This document shows, piece by piece, positions 45,696 to 55,505 of a stretch of DNA of 64,000 nucleotides (the stretch's first letter is position 1; each line of letters starts with the position of its first letter). Source of the DNA: an archaeon (GTDB lineage: Archaea; B1Sed10-29; WALL01). Both the position numbers and the translations under genes were made by a program. The stretch spans positions 266 through 64,265 of the forward strand of contig JBHOSQ010000006.1 of NCBI GenBank assembly GCA_042584585.1. Reading direction: 5' to 3'. The notes under the pieces were generated by a model. It saw nothing but the letters and a program-made list of their open reading frames with translations. It was not told the DNA's origin and searched no databases.

Positions 45696-46181
45696 CTATT
45701 TAAAGTCAACGTTTGCTTCGGTGAGGACATGGTCTATCTTTTTGAAGAGGGCCTCAACATGGGGTTGGACTTCACCCCAATCACTTTCGTCTTGCGGCTC
45801 ACGCCGCAGTATGTCGTCAATTTCGTCCAGCAAGCCGAAACGCGTGTTTAACTCGTCGATGTTGAGGCTGTTCGCGTCTGTGTTAAGCATGTCGGCAATT
45901 GTTTGGTTCCGTTTCTGAATTTCTATCTCGGTAAAAGCAGGGTTGTCTTTGCATTCCCTCCAATAGTCCCGGACGGGAGTGAAGTGTGATTCTAGGGGGT
46001 GGCTGATGCCCAATGGGGTGCCTTCAGTGAATCGCGAAGGCCGCTTGTCGGGCGACATGTTCGCTACTATGCTGTCTATAAGAGAATACTTTTTTGCGTG
46101 GAGCTCGTCTTTTTGCTTCTGGAGGAATGTGGTAAACGTCTTTTTCATTGCCTCTTTGGCGGGTTCTTCACCAGGGATCAT
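45696..46181 (-). CDS. hypothetical protein
   Basis: Track ORF of 161 aa with acidic helical composition. No domain recognised. Confidence 0.55.
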   Translation of the reverse strand: MIPGEEPAKEAMKKTFTTFLQKQKDELHAKKYSLIDSIVANMSPDKRPSRFTEGTPLGISHPLESHFTPVRDYWRECKDNPAFTEIEIQKRNQTIADMLNTDANSLNIDELNTRFGLLDEIDDILRREPQDESDWGEVQPHVEALFKKIDHVLTEANVDFK

Positions 46182-46213
46182 TGAGCCAATAACTCAACAA
46201 GGGAATAAAAACC

Positions 46214-46768
46214 TTATACCCCTGCCACGAGTGCGGTGAACAAAAACAGGACGACTGCCCACGCGGTGCCTGCGCGGGGCTGGTTCATGAACCCCATCAG
46301 CCCCAGGACAATGCGCGCAGGTATGAGGAGGGGGAGGGTAAGCCAGTGCAGGAGCGTTGACACGACGCCTTTCTGGAGAAGTAGCCGGCTTTTGTAGTGG
46401 CGCCACAGCACTTTCCACCCGCTCTTCAAGTCGGTCTCGCTGGGAAAAGCGAAGTAGGCGAACGATGCGCCGAGCCAATAAAACAGGAGGATGTACCCGA
46501 TTTTTCCGGGGACAAAGAAAGCGGTTTTCATGAGCGCGATGTGGCCCACCCACAAAGCGACGACAGCCAAGAGGGTATTCAGGAAAAACGGCGCGATGGC
46601 GACCACAAAGTTTTTCCATCCCGTGGTGGGGCGGTGCGTGACGCTGGCCCCGCTTTTTCCCCAGAGCTTTATTTTGGTCATGTCCACGCCGAGCAGCACA
46701 CAAGCCACTGCGTGCGCTATTTCGTGCAGCATCATTCCAGGGAAGAAGAGGAAGGAATTCATCAACAA
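46214..46768 (-). CDS. membrane-embedded HExxH metalloprotease-like protein
   Basis: N-terminal MMLHEIAHAVACVLLG (HExxH) followed by 4-5 TM helices. The overlapping 282-aa ORF 46194..47042 is rejected. Confidence 0.55.
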   Translation of the reverse strand: MLMNSFLFFPGMMLHEIAHAVACVLLGVDMTKIKLWGKSGASVTHRPTTGWKNFVVAIAPFFLNTLLAVVALWVGHIALMKTAFFVPGKIGYILLFYWLGASFAYFAFPSETDLKSGWKVLWRHYKSRLLLQKGVVSTLLHWLTLPLLIPARIVLGLMGFMNQPRAGTAWAVVLFLFTALVAGV

Positions 46769-46886
46769 CCATTAAAAAGCGCTTGAATAAAACACTACCG
46801 GCAATGATGATACCGCCCCAGGTCGAGGCGCCCTCTTCGCGAGGGAAGGCCAATGAGATTCGGAGTAGCTTCTGAGCCAATGCATG

Positions 46887-46943
46887 CCTGTTTGCGGAGG
46901 CTTGCCTCCGCTTTAGTCTAACGTGCCGCCTGAGTTTCAGGCG
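46887..46943 (-). repeat. H element copy, minus orientation
   Basis: Reverse complement reads cgcctgaAACtcaggcg-GCACGTTAGACTAAA-gcggaggcAAGcctccgc-AAACAGG. Confidence 0.7.
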
Positions 46944-47032
46944 CTGCTGAGCCATAATAAGTACCCCATAGGCGAAATGCTTTTTGCCGTCTTTTTCTAT
47001 TTCATTCACCATAGGATTAGTTGTGTACTGCC

Positions 47033-48079
47033 CTAATTCCATTGAAACTTTTTCTTGTTCCGTTTCATTATCTCGACTAATGAGAGCATTACAGGCACTT
47101 CCACTAGCACCCCCACCACAGTAGCCAGAACAGCTCCGGAATTCATTCCAAATAGGATTAAAGCAACTGCCACAGCCAGCTCAAAGAAATTACTGGCCCC
47201 TATGAATGTTGCCGGAGCAGCTTCGCTGAACGGTATTCTCAACTTCTTTGTTGCGAAATAACCTATGGAAAATATGAGGTAGGTTTGAAGCATCAATGGG
47301 ATTGCGATCAATACTATATGGAATGGGAACTTGATGATTTTGTCGCCTTGGAGTATGAAAAGCAACACCAGTGTGACCAGCAACCCAGCAGGGGCCACCC
47401 ACGCTATAGGCTTAATGACTTTTTCTTCAAACCAGGTTACACCCTTTTTCTTTGTTATCCAATACCTCGTCAGTATGGCTAGTACCAAAGGCACTGCCAC
47501 ATAAAGTAGTACTGAAAAGAATATGGTGTCAAATGGCACAGGTATATCTGCAGTATAATTTAAGAGAAACGCGCCAAGTGGCGCGAACAGCACTAAGAGG
47601 ACTAAATCATCAATAGACACCTGGACTAGCGCATAGTTTATATTGGCTTTTGCCAGATGAGTCCATACCAAAACCATTGCAGTACACGGAGCTAATCCTA
47701 AAAGAATCATTCCGGCCATGTACTCTGTTCGTAAATCAGGGGGTATAAACCCCGCAAACAACACATGCATGAAAAGCCATGCAATAAACGCCATTGTAAA
47801 TGGCTTGATAGCCCAATTTAGTATAGATGTAAGAATAATCGGTTTGGGTTTAGCCCTTACCTCTAACACTTTTTTAAAGTCTAGGTTAAGCATGATGGGA
47901 TACATCATCACCAACAGCACTGCAGCGACTGGAATGGAAACTTTTGCGACCTCGAATCCACCAAGAGCAGTGGCAAACCCCGGAAAGAGGTATCCTATTG
48001 CCGTGCCTAGCATTATGCAAATCACTACCCACAACGGCAGGTACTTCTCAAAGACACCCAGTCCAGAACCTTTTTTCAT
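47033..48079 (-). CDS. acr3: ACR3-family arsenite efflux permease
   Basis: N-terminus GLGVFEKYLPLWVVICIMLG and LLGLAPCTAMVLVW (conserved Cys region) are typical of ACR3/ArsB(Bacillus-type). Ten TM helices. Confidence 0.8.
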   Translation of the reverse strand: MKKGSGLGVFEKYLPLWVVICIMLGTAIGYLFPGFATALGGFEVAKVSIPVAAVLLVMMYPIMLNLDFKKVLEVRAKPKPIILTSILNWAIKPFTMAFIAWLFMHVLFAGFIPPDLRTEYMAGMILLGLAPCTAMVLVWTHLAKANINYALVQVSIDDLVLLVLFAPLGAFLLNYTADIPVPFDTIFFSVLLYVAVPLVLAILTRYWITKKKGVTWFEEKVIKPIAWVAPAGLLVTLVLLFILQGDKIIKFPFHIVLIAIPLMLQTYLIFSIGYFATKKLRIPFSEAAPATFIGASNFFELAVAVALILFGMNSGAVLATVVGVLVEVPVMLSLVEIMKRNKKKFQWN

Positions 48080-48157
48080 GTTAGTCGTGTCCTTCGAACA
48101 TGATTACTGCCCACAAGTAGGTATGAGAGCTATAAAAATGTGCTGCTCACTAATAGC

Positions 48158-48202
48158 GCCGATGAGTGGCTTACTAGGCGTTAGAAGAGTAGCTGCTGAG
48201 CC
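48158..48202 (+). ncRNA. candidate k-turn / C/D-box-like small RNA (copy 1)
   Basis: gcCGATGAgtggcttactaggcgttagaagagtagctgCTGAgcc. TATA ctataaaaatg lies about 25 nt upstream. It lacks clear C'/D' boxes. Confidence 0.25.
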
Positions 48203-48207
48203 AATTA

Positions 48208-48263
48208 CTGTCTCTGGGAACCGTTAGGTTCCCAAGCCTAACGTGCCAGCTGAGTTTCAGCTG
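48208..48263 (-). repeat. H element copy, minus orientation
   Basis: Reverse complement reads cagctgaAACtcagctg-GCACGTTAGGCTT-gggaaccTAACggttccc-AGAGACAG. Confidence 0.8.
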
Positions 48264-48312
48264 CTTTTCGAGCAAAAAACGTATAAATGGCAGTGATGTT
48301 AAACCGGTTCTG

Positions 48313-49164
48313 ATGAAAAAGCATCTTACGAAGGGAGCGAAAGCAGCTGTTCTCGCACCCTTACTCTTCGTCGGCGTGAGTATCACGCTCAACTTATTTA
48401 GCCCAGGCACTTCACTTGCGGCACTGCACTTTCTGCGGCCATTCGTGTCAGCACTGCTCCTTCTGCCGTTTGTCGCGTTCACAGACCCAAAAACACTGAA
48501 GCCAACCAAGGGGGATATCCCGATTTACTTGGCCGTGGGGTTCGCACTGGCTGCGTCCATGGCAGCGTTCAACACAGCCATGATTTCCGCGCCAGTGGGG
48601 ACGATGACACTCCTGAGCAACTCAGTCATATTCATGGTCATCGGCCTCTCATACATGTTCCTGAAGGAAAAGGTAACGCGAAGGGAGGTCATCGCCTGCG
48701 CCATTGCCTTTGTAGGCCTCGTTATAATCAACCCACTTGAACCAACGCACGCGTTCGGCACAGTACTCATCCTTGCAAGCGCCCTCACCTACGCAATCGC
48801 GATTATAATAATCCGCAAGGAAGAGCGCGACCACAGCATCGGCATCGCGTTTTGGTACCTATTGTTTGCATCCGCGTTCCTCTTCCCGTTTGCCGCGACA
48901 GCAGGGTTCGGCGGCCTCGAGAACTCTATTGGCTTGGTGGTGCTGCTCGGCGCGTTCAACGGTTTCGCCTACCTCACCAAGACATACGCACTGAAGTATG
49001 AGACAGTAGACCTTGTGCAAGTAATAGCGTTGGTCGCCAGCCCAATTACTGCGATTATCTTCGGGTTCATCCTGCTGGGGCAATCACTGACGGCAAACGT
49101 CTTAATCGGCGGGGCAATCATGATGGCTGCGGGCTTGGTAATCAGCAAAGAGCTGTTCACATAA
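48313..49164 (+). CDS. EamA/DMT-superfamily transporter
   Basis: 283 aa with about 10 TM helices in two similar halves. TATA cgtataaatgg lies 30 nt upstream. Family call rests on topology and general resemblance only. Confidence 0.6.
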   Translation: MKKHLTKGAKAAVLAPLLFVGVSITLNLFSPGTSLAALHFLRPFVSALLLLPFVAFTDPKTLKPTKGDIPIYLAVGFALAASMAAFNTAMISAPVGTMTLLSNSVIFMVIGLSYMFLKEKVTRREVIACAIAFVGLVIINPLEPTHAFGTVLILASALTYAIAIIIIRKEERDHSIGIAFWYLLFASAFLFPFAATAGFGGLENSIGLVVLLGAFNGFAYLTKTYALKYETVDLVQVIALVASPITAIIFGFILLGQSLTANVLIGGAIMMAAGLVISKELFT

Positions 49165-49218
49165 GCTACTCAAGCGCAAGATGCTGAACACCGGGAATTA
49201 ATAGTTGTGCTCGAACTT

Positions 49219-49263
49219 GCTGATGAGTGGCTTATTAGGCGTTAGAAGAGTAGCTGCTGAGCC
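49219..49263 (+). ncRNA. candidate k-turn / C/D-box-like small RNA (copy 2)
   Basis: gcTGATGAgtggcttattaggcgttagaagagtagctgCTGAgcc. It differs from copy 1 at 2 positions. AT-rich ttaatag lies about 20 nt upstream. Confidence 0.25.
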
Positions 49264-49297
49264 AATCTTTATTAATCCTAAACCCTTTTTTTGTGGT

Positions 49298-49564
49298 ATG
49301 AAGCTCAATCCGAAACTTGAAGCGATTGTTCTCGTGGCATTGGCAGGAATAATATGGTTTTTGGGCCTGTTCGAGGGCAGAATAGTGGACGATTACTGGC
49401 ACTGCATTCCGCTTGTCGAGTTCCCGTACGTCATCTATGACATGGGGTACGCGTGCGCCTTCAACACAAATCTTTACGTGTTGGCCATACTCGTTGTGTT
49501 GGCAATTTACCACAAGAAAGAAATCAAGAAATTCCTGAAGAAAAAGAAAAAGGCAAAGAAATGA
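49298..49564 (+). CDS. small membrane protein
   Basis: MKLNPKLEAIVLVALAGIIWFLG... with a C-terminal K-rich tail. It overlaps the next gene by ATGA. Confidence 0.5.
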   Translation: MKLNPKLEAIVLVALAGIIWFLGLFEGRIVDDYWHCIPLVEFPYVIYDMGYACAFNTNLYVLAILVVLAIYHKKEIKKFLKKKKKAKK

Positions 49565-50754
49565 AGCGGTGTTTGTTGCCAATCGTTGCGCTATTGATAG
49601 TCGCAGGATGCCTTAACTCCGGGACCGCGACTTCGTCGGGCGGAGCCAGCATCAGCGGAGTCCATTTCCTGCCCGTGGCGCAAAGCGGGCAGAGCTACCA
49701 GGCAACGATTACGCCCGCGGGCGGGGCCAGCCCGTACACGTGCGAGTTAATGAACAGCACGATAGCGGGGAACCTGGGCCTAAGCGACGCTTGTGTTATA
49801 GAGGGGAGCGCGCCCACCGTGGCAGAAACAACGATTTACCCGTTCACCGTGAAAATCACTGAAGCCAACGGGGAGTGGAGAATCTTCGACATGACGCTCA
49901 CGGTCGAGGCGGGAAACCCATTCGTCTACCAGGCGCCGCAAAAAGTAAAGGACGGAACACAAGGGAAAAAGTACAAAGACTATTTCTGCGAGCCCGTGGG
50001 GCAAATGAACTGCGGGAAAAACACAAACCAAGCCAACCCGGCCGGCGGGAACCCGCCGTACAGCTTTACCGTAAGCGGGCAGCCAATGGGATTGATAATG
50101 AAGCTGAACGGCATTCTGGAGGGGACGATTCCCGAAAACGCGCGGCCAGGCAACTACCCGATGACTGTTTGTGCCAGGGACTTGAGTGGGGCACAGGGGT
50201 GCGGGCAGACAACTCTCTATGTAAAGGAAGCAGAGGCCACTCCGACGCCGACGGCCACCGCAACGGCAACGGCAACGCCCACCGCAACGGCAACGGCAAC
50301 GCCGGAGCCGGAGAAGACCGAATGGAAAATCAGGGTCATGGGGAACGGCCCATACAATGAATATGACTTGATGTATGGCTTTGGCGGGGAGTTCACTATC
50401 ACTGCCTCGGGGAACAAGTTGGAGGGCAGTGGCTTCGGGCATGCCGCGGTGGATCACAAGAGCGGCGATTGTAGTGGCGAGGCCGAGTTTGAAGTAGAGG
50501 GTTACGACGTGGAAGGAACGATTACGCAAAACCAGGCCACTGTGACTTTGTACAACAGCGACCCGCCGGATTACATGCTGCAGTACCACTGCAGCTCACT
50601 TAACTACGACGTTGGGTTCGACGCAAAGTCGCCGTATGACTTTGAGGGCGTGTACGTCACGTTTAGCCTGGAACAAGGTGTGGAGACCAAGAAGACAGTA
50701 AAGATTCCGGGGGAGCACGCCCGGACTCTTGAGTGGACGTTCACGGTGGTGTAG
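49561..50754 (+). CDS. lipoprotein with putative Ig-like (He_PIG-type) repeats and Thr/Ala/Pro linker
   Basis: MKRCLLPIVALLIVAGC lipobox. GGASPYTCEL and GGNPPYSFTVSGQP...GILEGTIPENARPGNYPMTVCARD are typical of putative-Ig repeats. Linker TPTPTATATATATPTATATATPEPE. Confidence 0.65.
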   Translation: MKRCLLPIVALLIVAGCLNSGTATSSGGASISGVHFLPVAQSGQSYQATITPAGGASPYTCELMNSTIAGNLGLSDACVIEGSAPTVAETTIYPFTVKITEANGEWRIFDMTLTVEAGNPFVYQAPQKVKDGTQGKKYKDYFCEPVGQMNCGKNTNQANPAGGNPPYSFTVSGQPMGLIMKLNGILEGTIPENARPGNYPMTVCARDLSGAQGCGQTTLYVKEAEATPTPTATATATATPTATATATPEPEKTEWKIRVMGNGPYNEYDLMYGFGGEFTITASGNKLEGSGFGHAAVDHKSGDCSGEAEFEVEGYDVEGTITQNQATVTLYNSDPPDYMLQYHCSSLNYDVGFDAKSPYDFEGVYVTFSLEQGVETKKTVKIPGEHARTLEWTFTVV

Positions 50755-50785
50755 TTTTTTAAACCAAAATGGGGTAGGTAGTCTC

Positions 50786-52378
50786 ATGCGTAGAGTGTTC
50801 TTGCTTTTGCTGGTTGTTTCGGCGATTGTTTTAGCCGGGTGCATGGATGGGGGAGAGTCCGCGTACAAGGAAAGCCCTGAGCTGGATATCCGCCGCACGT
50901 CGGGGGACCCCCCGTTCGAGGCCGAGTTCGAAGTGGAGTGCGAGAAGCACGCACTGTTGGAGCGGTGTGTCCTGGACTATGGGGACGGGGAGCAAATAGA
51001 CTTGGTTCCGGGCGAAAAACACACGGTGACCCACGTGTACCCGGAGGGGTATTATACGATCTGGGCAAGGGCGTACTACAGTGACGGGAGGGAGACAAAG
51101 TCGGTTGACGCCATTTACTCGGGAGACCCGTTCGGGTTCCCGGGGGGGTTTGAAGTGTTTTTGACCACCAACAAGGGCTCGGACAAAGTCCTTCTTTCCC
51201 ACGTCAGTTTCATTGCCTTCTGCAATTACAAGGGCGTGAAAGTGAATTTGGAGAGCTGTGTGCTGGACTTCGGGGACGGCAGTAGCCCGGAGGCAATTGA
51301 CCCAAGGCATTGGGGCCAAGCCATCGAAGGACCGATTATTTACCACGGGTACGAGCCGGGGGAGTACAACGCGACGCTGACGGCGACGCACTCGAGCGGA
51401 AAAACACGGGTGAGCAGTGTAGTGGTCGTCGCCAGGGAAGGCGTGAGCTGGACGGACCTTGGGCAGGCGTACTACCGGTGGAGCTACAAGGGCTACCACT
51501 TCAACTGGAACCCGATGTACAACCATTCTGACTACAAGTATTTCAAGACGCAGCCAAGGGTCAAGACAATACCGACGGAATACGGCTATTACGTGTATGA
51601 CGAGCGCGACGACGAAATAATCCAAAACTTTACTAACGCAATACTCGATTACCAAGACGAGTACAACTTCACCAAGGCAGAGACCCGGGACTTCGTCACT
51701 GCTTTCGTCCAAAACCTGAAGTATTCGTTTGACAACGCGACAACGCCTTACGACGACTACCCCCGGTTCCCGCTGGAGACGCTGTACCTGGAGCAAGGCG
51801 ACTGCGAGGACACCGCGATTTTGTTGGCGGCCCTGCTAAGCGAAATGGGGTACAAAGTAGTGCTCGTGCACGTTCCCAGGCACATGGCAATTGGCGTGGA
51901 ATGCCACCCAAGCGATGGGTACCACTACATTGACGACGAGGGAGACGCTTACTGCTACGTTGAGACCACGAACCCCGGGTGGATATTCGGGCAAGTTCCG
52001 AGCGAATACGTTGGGGTTGACCCAATACGGCTGTTCCACCTTGACCCAAGCCCGCTGCTCCAGCTCCCCAGCCCCTGGTGGTACAAATGGCCGCCCAAGG
52101 CGGAGGGGGGCCACTGGGTATACGAGTACAACATCCAAATAGAAAACCTCGGGTCTGCCACGGCAGAAGACATTGAGTTGTGGATGGCGCTTGACTCCCG
52201 CACAGAAGGAAAAGTTTGGGACCAAACAACCATTAGCGTAGAGGACATAGCCGCCGGGGAAAGAGTGACCGTACAAGGAGACCTCAAAAAGCCCAAAAGT
52301 GTCGAGACCCGCCTCTTGTTGAGCGTTTCCTACGGCGACGGCAAACGTACGTACAAATCACAGGACTGGCCGGAGTAA
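50786..52378 (+). CDS. lipoprotein with two PKD-like domains and a transglutaminase-like core
   Basis: MRRVFLLLLVVSAIVLAGC lipobox. Two repeats of ..C.LD(Y/F)GDG....(Y/H)VY..G.Y. EQGDCEDTAILLAALLSEMGY...RHMAIGVE...YVETT fits Cys-His-Asp/Glu. Confidence 0.7.
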   Translation: MRRVFLLLLVVSAIVLAGCMDGGESAYKESPELDIRRTSGDPPFEAEFEVECEKHALLERCVLDYGDGEQIDLVPGEKHTVTHVYPEGYYTIWARAYYSDGRETKSVDAIYSGDPFGFPGGFEVFLTTNKGSDKVLLSHVSFIAFCNYKGVKVNLESCVLDFGDGSSPEAIDPRHWGQAIEGPIIYHGYEPGEYNATLTATHSSGKTRVSSVVVVAREGVSWTDLGQAYYRWSYKGYHFNWNPMYNHSDYKYFKTQPRVKTIPTEYGYYVYDERDDEIIQNFTNAILDYQDEYNFTKAETRDFVTAFVQNLKYSFDNATTPYDDYPRFPLETLYLEQGDCEDTAILLAALLSEMGYKVVLVHVPRHMAIGVECHPSDGYHYIDDEGDAYCYVETTNPGWIFGQVPSEYVGVDPIRLFHLDPSPLLQLPSPWWYKWPPKAEGGHWVYEYNIQIENLGSATAEDIELWMALDSRTEGKVWDQTTISVEDIAAGERVTVQGDLKKPKSVETRLLLSVSYGDGKRTYKSQDWPE

Positions 52379-52412
52379 AGAGATATAAACCCCCAGCGTT
52401 TTAGTGGTAAAC

Positions 52413-52859
52413 ATGAAACCGCTGCTGTTCTTTTTGCTGTTAATCGCGCCTGCGTTCGCGGACGTGCTGCCGACGCCTGGTGAAGGGGCCGTGCTGCCAC
52501 TGTTGTTGGTGACCATTGCGATTGAGCTCGGCGTGTTCTACTTTCTTTACAAGAAAACGGCTAAGCAAAGGCAGTACCTCACGGTGCTCGGCGCCAACAT
52601 TGTCTCTTACGGAGTAATCACGGGATTGTTCTTCGAAGAAATCGCTTACGGCGGCGGGCTGCTGAGCGTGTGGATACTCGAAATCCCGATAATACTCTTT
52701 GAGGGAGGAGTGCTCCATTACTTCAACAAGAAGATGTTCCCACTGAAGGAAGCAATGATGGCAAGCCTCAAAATGAACCTGACGACAATAGTCATTGGGT
52801 TCTTGCTCGCGCTGTTAATGATGCTCGACTACAGCCCGGCACTCGAACCAATGGTGTAG
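52413..52859 (+). CDS. membrane protein
   Basis: Signal-like MKPLLFFLLLIAPAFA followed by 4 TM helices. Confidence 0.55.
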   Translation: MKPLLFFLLLIAPAFADVLPTPGEGAVLPLLLVTIAIELGVFYFLYKKTAKQRQYLTVLGANIVSYGVITGLFFEEIAYGGGLLSVWILEIPIILFEGGVLHYFNKKMFPLKEAMMASLKMNLTTIVIGFLLALLMMLDYSPALEPMV

Positions 52860-52870
52860 TGGCTTTGGCA

Positions 52871-53620
52871 ATGAAAATGACTTACTTCGGCATGCAGGCC
52901 GAGATGGGCATCACGAAACACATGGGCGGCAAGGTTGCCACGGACACGCTCGTGAATATGTGCGACATCAAGAAAGGCGACAAGGTCTTGAACATCGGGT
53001 GCGGCATCGGCACGGCTTCTGTTTATCTCGCGAAAAAAGGAATGCACGTCACGGGGATTGATATCAACCCAAAAATGGTGCGGCACGCCAAGGACCGGGC
53101 GAAGCGCAAAGGAATGGAAAAAAGCACGAAGTTCGTTGTGGCGGACGCGCAGTCCCTACCCTTCAAGACGGGCGAGTTCGACGCCGTGGTAATGGAATCA
53201 GTAATGGTGTTCGTGCCCAACAAACAAAAAGCAATGAAGGAAATCAAGCGCGTGCTGAAGAAAGGCGGGAGCGTGGGGCTGAACGAAGTCACATGGAAAA
53301 AGAAGCCGCCGCAGAGAATTGTTGACTATATCCACCGCGCGATTGGGGGCATCGAGCCGCTGACGAAGGGCGGGTGGATAGCGCTTTTTGAAAAAGCGGG
53401 GTTCACAAAAGTGCAGGCGCGCACGCCCAAGGAAAGCATGCTGTCGCTAATGCTTGGCGAGTTAACGTGGCTCGACCCAATGACGAGCATCAAGGCAGGG
53501 ATTGCTTTGTTCAAAATGATGTTCCGGAAAGAAGTGTGGGGATACGTGATGGGCATGTTCCCACTGCAGTTTGATATAATGGATTACTACGGTTATGGGC
53601 TTTACGCGGGGAAGAAGTAA
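52871..53620 (+). CDS. class I SAM-dependent methyltransferase
   Basis: VLNIGCGIGTASVYLAKKGMHVTGIDINPKMV (motif I plus acidic loop) and FDAVVMESV. Confidence 0.8.
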   Translation: MKMTYFGMQAEMGITKHMGGKVATDTLVNMCDIKKGDKVLNIGCGIGTASVYLAKKGMHVTGIDINPKMVRHAKDRAKRKGMEKSTKFVVADAQSLPFKTGEFDAVVMESVMVFVPNKQKAMKEIKRVLKKGGSVGLNEVTWKKKPPQRIVDYIHRAIGGIEPLTKGGWIALFEKAGFTKVQARTPKESMLSLMLGELTWLDPMTSIKAGIALFKMMFRKEVWGYVMGMFPLQFDIMDYYGYGLYAGKK

Positions 53621-53637
53621 GCGTTGGGCTAATGCCA

Positions 53638-54969
53638 CTAAAGGTCCCAAACCGTGGCGTCAGTCGTGCCACGGACGTAAATCTGGGTGGTTCCGTTTTC
53701 CAGTGCCTCGAAGGCAATCCAATAAACGGCGTTGCTTGTTTGAGTCAAAGCTGGTTTGCGCTCAACAACCTCCAACTCGCTTATTCTTTGGCTCTCCAAC
53801 CACAAGATGCCGTCAGTAGAACACATTATCCAAATGTGTGAATACTCGCCGTCCTCGGCGTCGTAGGCAAGCTGGTAAACGCCATTACTGTCATATATCA
53901 GGGACGGCGTCTTTGCGTTGGGCCTGGTCGACAATTGCCATGGCTCGGACCAGTCAATGCCATCAATAGAATAAGTAATCCAAATGCCGTCACTTCCTGA
54001 CTGGTTTGAGTAAAACGCAATCCAGTAAGTGCCGCTCGCGTCCTGAATCAGTGAGGGGAATGAATCCAAGGCATCATTCTCGGTCACAACACGGGCTGGC
54101 TCCGGGTCAAAAGTAGTGCACTCCGTCGAGTTTTTTATCCTCAAGTCATAGTCACCATCAATACCCGACGACCACGCAATCCAGTGAATGCCGGCGTCAT
54201 CAACAATTATGGACGGCTGCCGGTTGTTGTTGGCTTCGTTTTCTGCCTGGTACTTCTCGCCCCATACTTCACCGTCAGTCGATTGCTTCACGAAAACGTG
54301 TTCGACCCCGGACGGATTTGTGATGGTCCATGCCACGCAGGACTCGCCGTCACCAAACGCGGCGGCGGGGTTGGTGTTTTCTTGGGAATCACTGACACGC
54401 GTCTCGGGCGACCACCCACCTCCCCGGCTCGCGTCAGAAACGAAAACGTGGCGTTTGTTGTTTCCGTCAGACTCCCAAAAAACAAATAACTCGCCATCAC
54501 TTCCCTCTGTGAGCACAGGATTGGCGGGCATGGAAGACGGGTCTAATGCAAGAGGAACACTCCCAAGCACCACAAGGGTTGAGACTGGGACCGCACTGAT
54601 TACAGAGGAGCCCGTTTTTGTCCCGTAGATGGTGTAGCTCCCAGCAGGAAAAAATATGGGGTTGTTGCTCTCAACACCCCCAAACATTATGAGTGCCTGC
54701 TGGTCGGGTAGCAGGTCGTTATCGAGCGTTACAATGGCGCCGTTTTCGGCGAGCACAAAGACTGTGCCTGCAGGAATAGTTCTTTCCCCCATGTTGGCGA
54801 CAAGAACTTGTAGTGATAGGTAGTCATTCGACAATAAATTGGCCGTTATCGGGACAATGGGCACGGATATGCCCTTGCTAGACAGGCCCTCTGCGGCCCA
54901 GAAGAAGAATGCCATTCCGACTATCGCAATAAGAGCTAACAACAAGACGGTTGAAAGTGTCTGGTTCAT
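53638..54969 (-). CDS. membrane-anchored BNR/Asp-box repeat beta-propeller protein (sialidase-like fold)
   Basis: N-terminal anchor LSTVLLLALIAIVGMAFFFW. Repeated SxDxGxxW boxes (STDGEVWGE, SIDGIDWSE, STDGILWLE). Confidence 0.75.
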   Translation of the reverse strand: MNQTLSTVLLLALIAIVGMAFFFWAAEGLSSKGISVPIVPITANLLSNDYLSLQVLVANMGERTIPAGTVFVLAENGAIVTLDNDLLPDQQALIMFGGVESNNPIFFPAGSYTIYGTKTGSSVISAVPVSTLVVLGSVPLALDPSSMPANPVLTEGSDGELFVFWESDGNNKRHVFVSDASRGGGWSPETRVSDSQENTNPAAAFGDGESCVAWTITNPSGVEHVFVKQSTDGEVWGEKYQAENEANNNRQPSIIVDDAGIHWIAWSSGIDGDYDLRIKNSTECTTFDPEPARVVTENDALDSFPSLIQDASGTYWIAFYSNQSGSDGIWITYSIDGIDWSEPWQLSTRPNAKTPSLIYDSNGVYQLAYDAEDGEYSHIWIMCSTDGILWLESQRISELEVVERKPALTQTSNAVYWIAFEALENGTTQIYVRGTTDATVWDL

Positions 54970-55104
54970 GGCTGGACTCCCAGTGTCTCCTGCGCGACAT
55001 AAAGTAAAGCCCGCTTATAAAGTTTACATTGCTTCGCCGAGCTGCAAATCATTTGGAAAGGGTTATATTCCCGCGCCGCTTTCGTATAAGCAGAGGTTTT
55101 CAAG

Positions 55105-55257
55105 ATGGGAATTAGCAAGAAACAGACTCACGCAAGGGCTAAGGGGCTCAAGGAAAAGATTGCCAGGATAGAACAAGAGCTTCTCATGCCCATCATGGAC
55201 AAGAAAAAGCGAGGGGACCTTGAGTACGACCTCGCCCGCTTAAAGAAGCAGCTCTGA
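55105..55257 (+). CDS. small coiled-coil protein (50 aa), tentative
   Basis: My own translation: MGISKKQTHARAKGLKEKIARIEQELLMPIMDKKKRGDLEYDLARLKKQL. Below the track cutoff. The promoter is unclear. Confidence 0.3.
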   Translation: MGISKKQTHARAKGLKEKIARIEQELLMPIMDKKKRGDLEYDLARLKKQL

Positions 55258-55277
55258 CCCCAAAGGGGAAATGGCTC

Positions 55278-55505
55278 ATGGTCAAGATGAAAAAGCTCAT
55301 GAAAAAGTCGCGGAAGAAGCTGTCCGAGGACTTCGTGATTATTATTGTCGCTGCGCTGGCCAGTGCGTACGCCAGCAAACTGTTGGACCTGCAGTTCTCG
55401 GCGAACCCGCTGCTCAACGTGGGAATTGTTATCGGCCTCACGGTCGCGGTGGTGCTCGCGCTGTTGCTTGGGATAATGGCGCTCGAAAAGCTTTACAAGT
55501 CTTAA
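55278..55505 (+). CDS. small membrane protein
   Basis: 75 aa with a K-rich N-terminus and two TM helices. Confidence 0.45.
   Translation: MVKMKKLMKKSRKKLSEDFVIIIVAALASAYASKLLDLQFSANPLLNVGIVIGLTVAVVLALLLGIMALEKLYKS

Noticed and set aside
46194-47042. 282-aa minus-strand ORF overlapping the HExxH membrane protein gene and the H element
   Set aside because: Its translation is R/P/A-rich. It runs through an intergenic repeat and a promoter region. The alternative frame (46214..46768) gives a coherent TM/HExxH protein.
49780-51796. Long minus-strand ORFs (49780..50589, 50831..51796, 51696..52229) opposite the lipoprotein genes
   Set aside because: The translations are R/V/P-rich and antisense-type. 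The + strand frames give lipobox signals, PKD/Ig-like repeats and a transglutaminase core.
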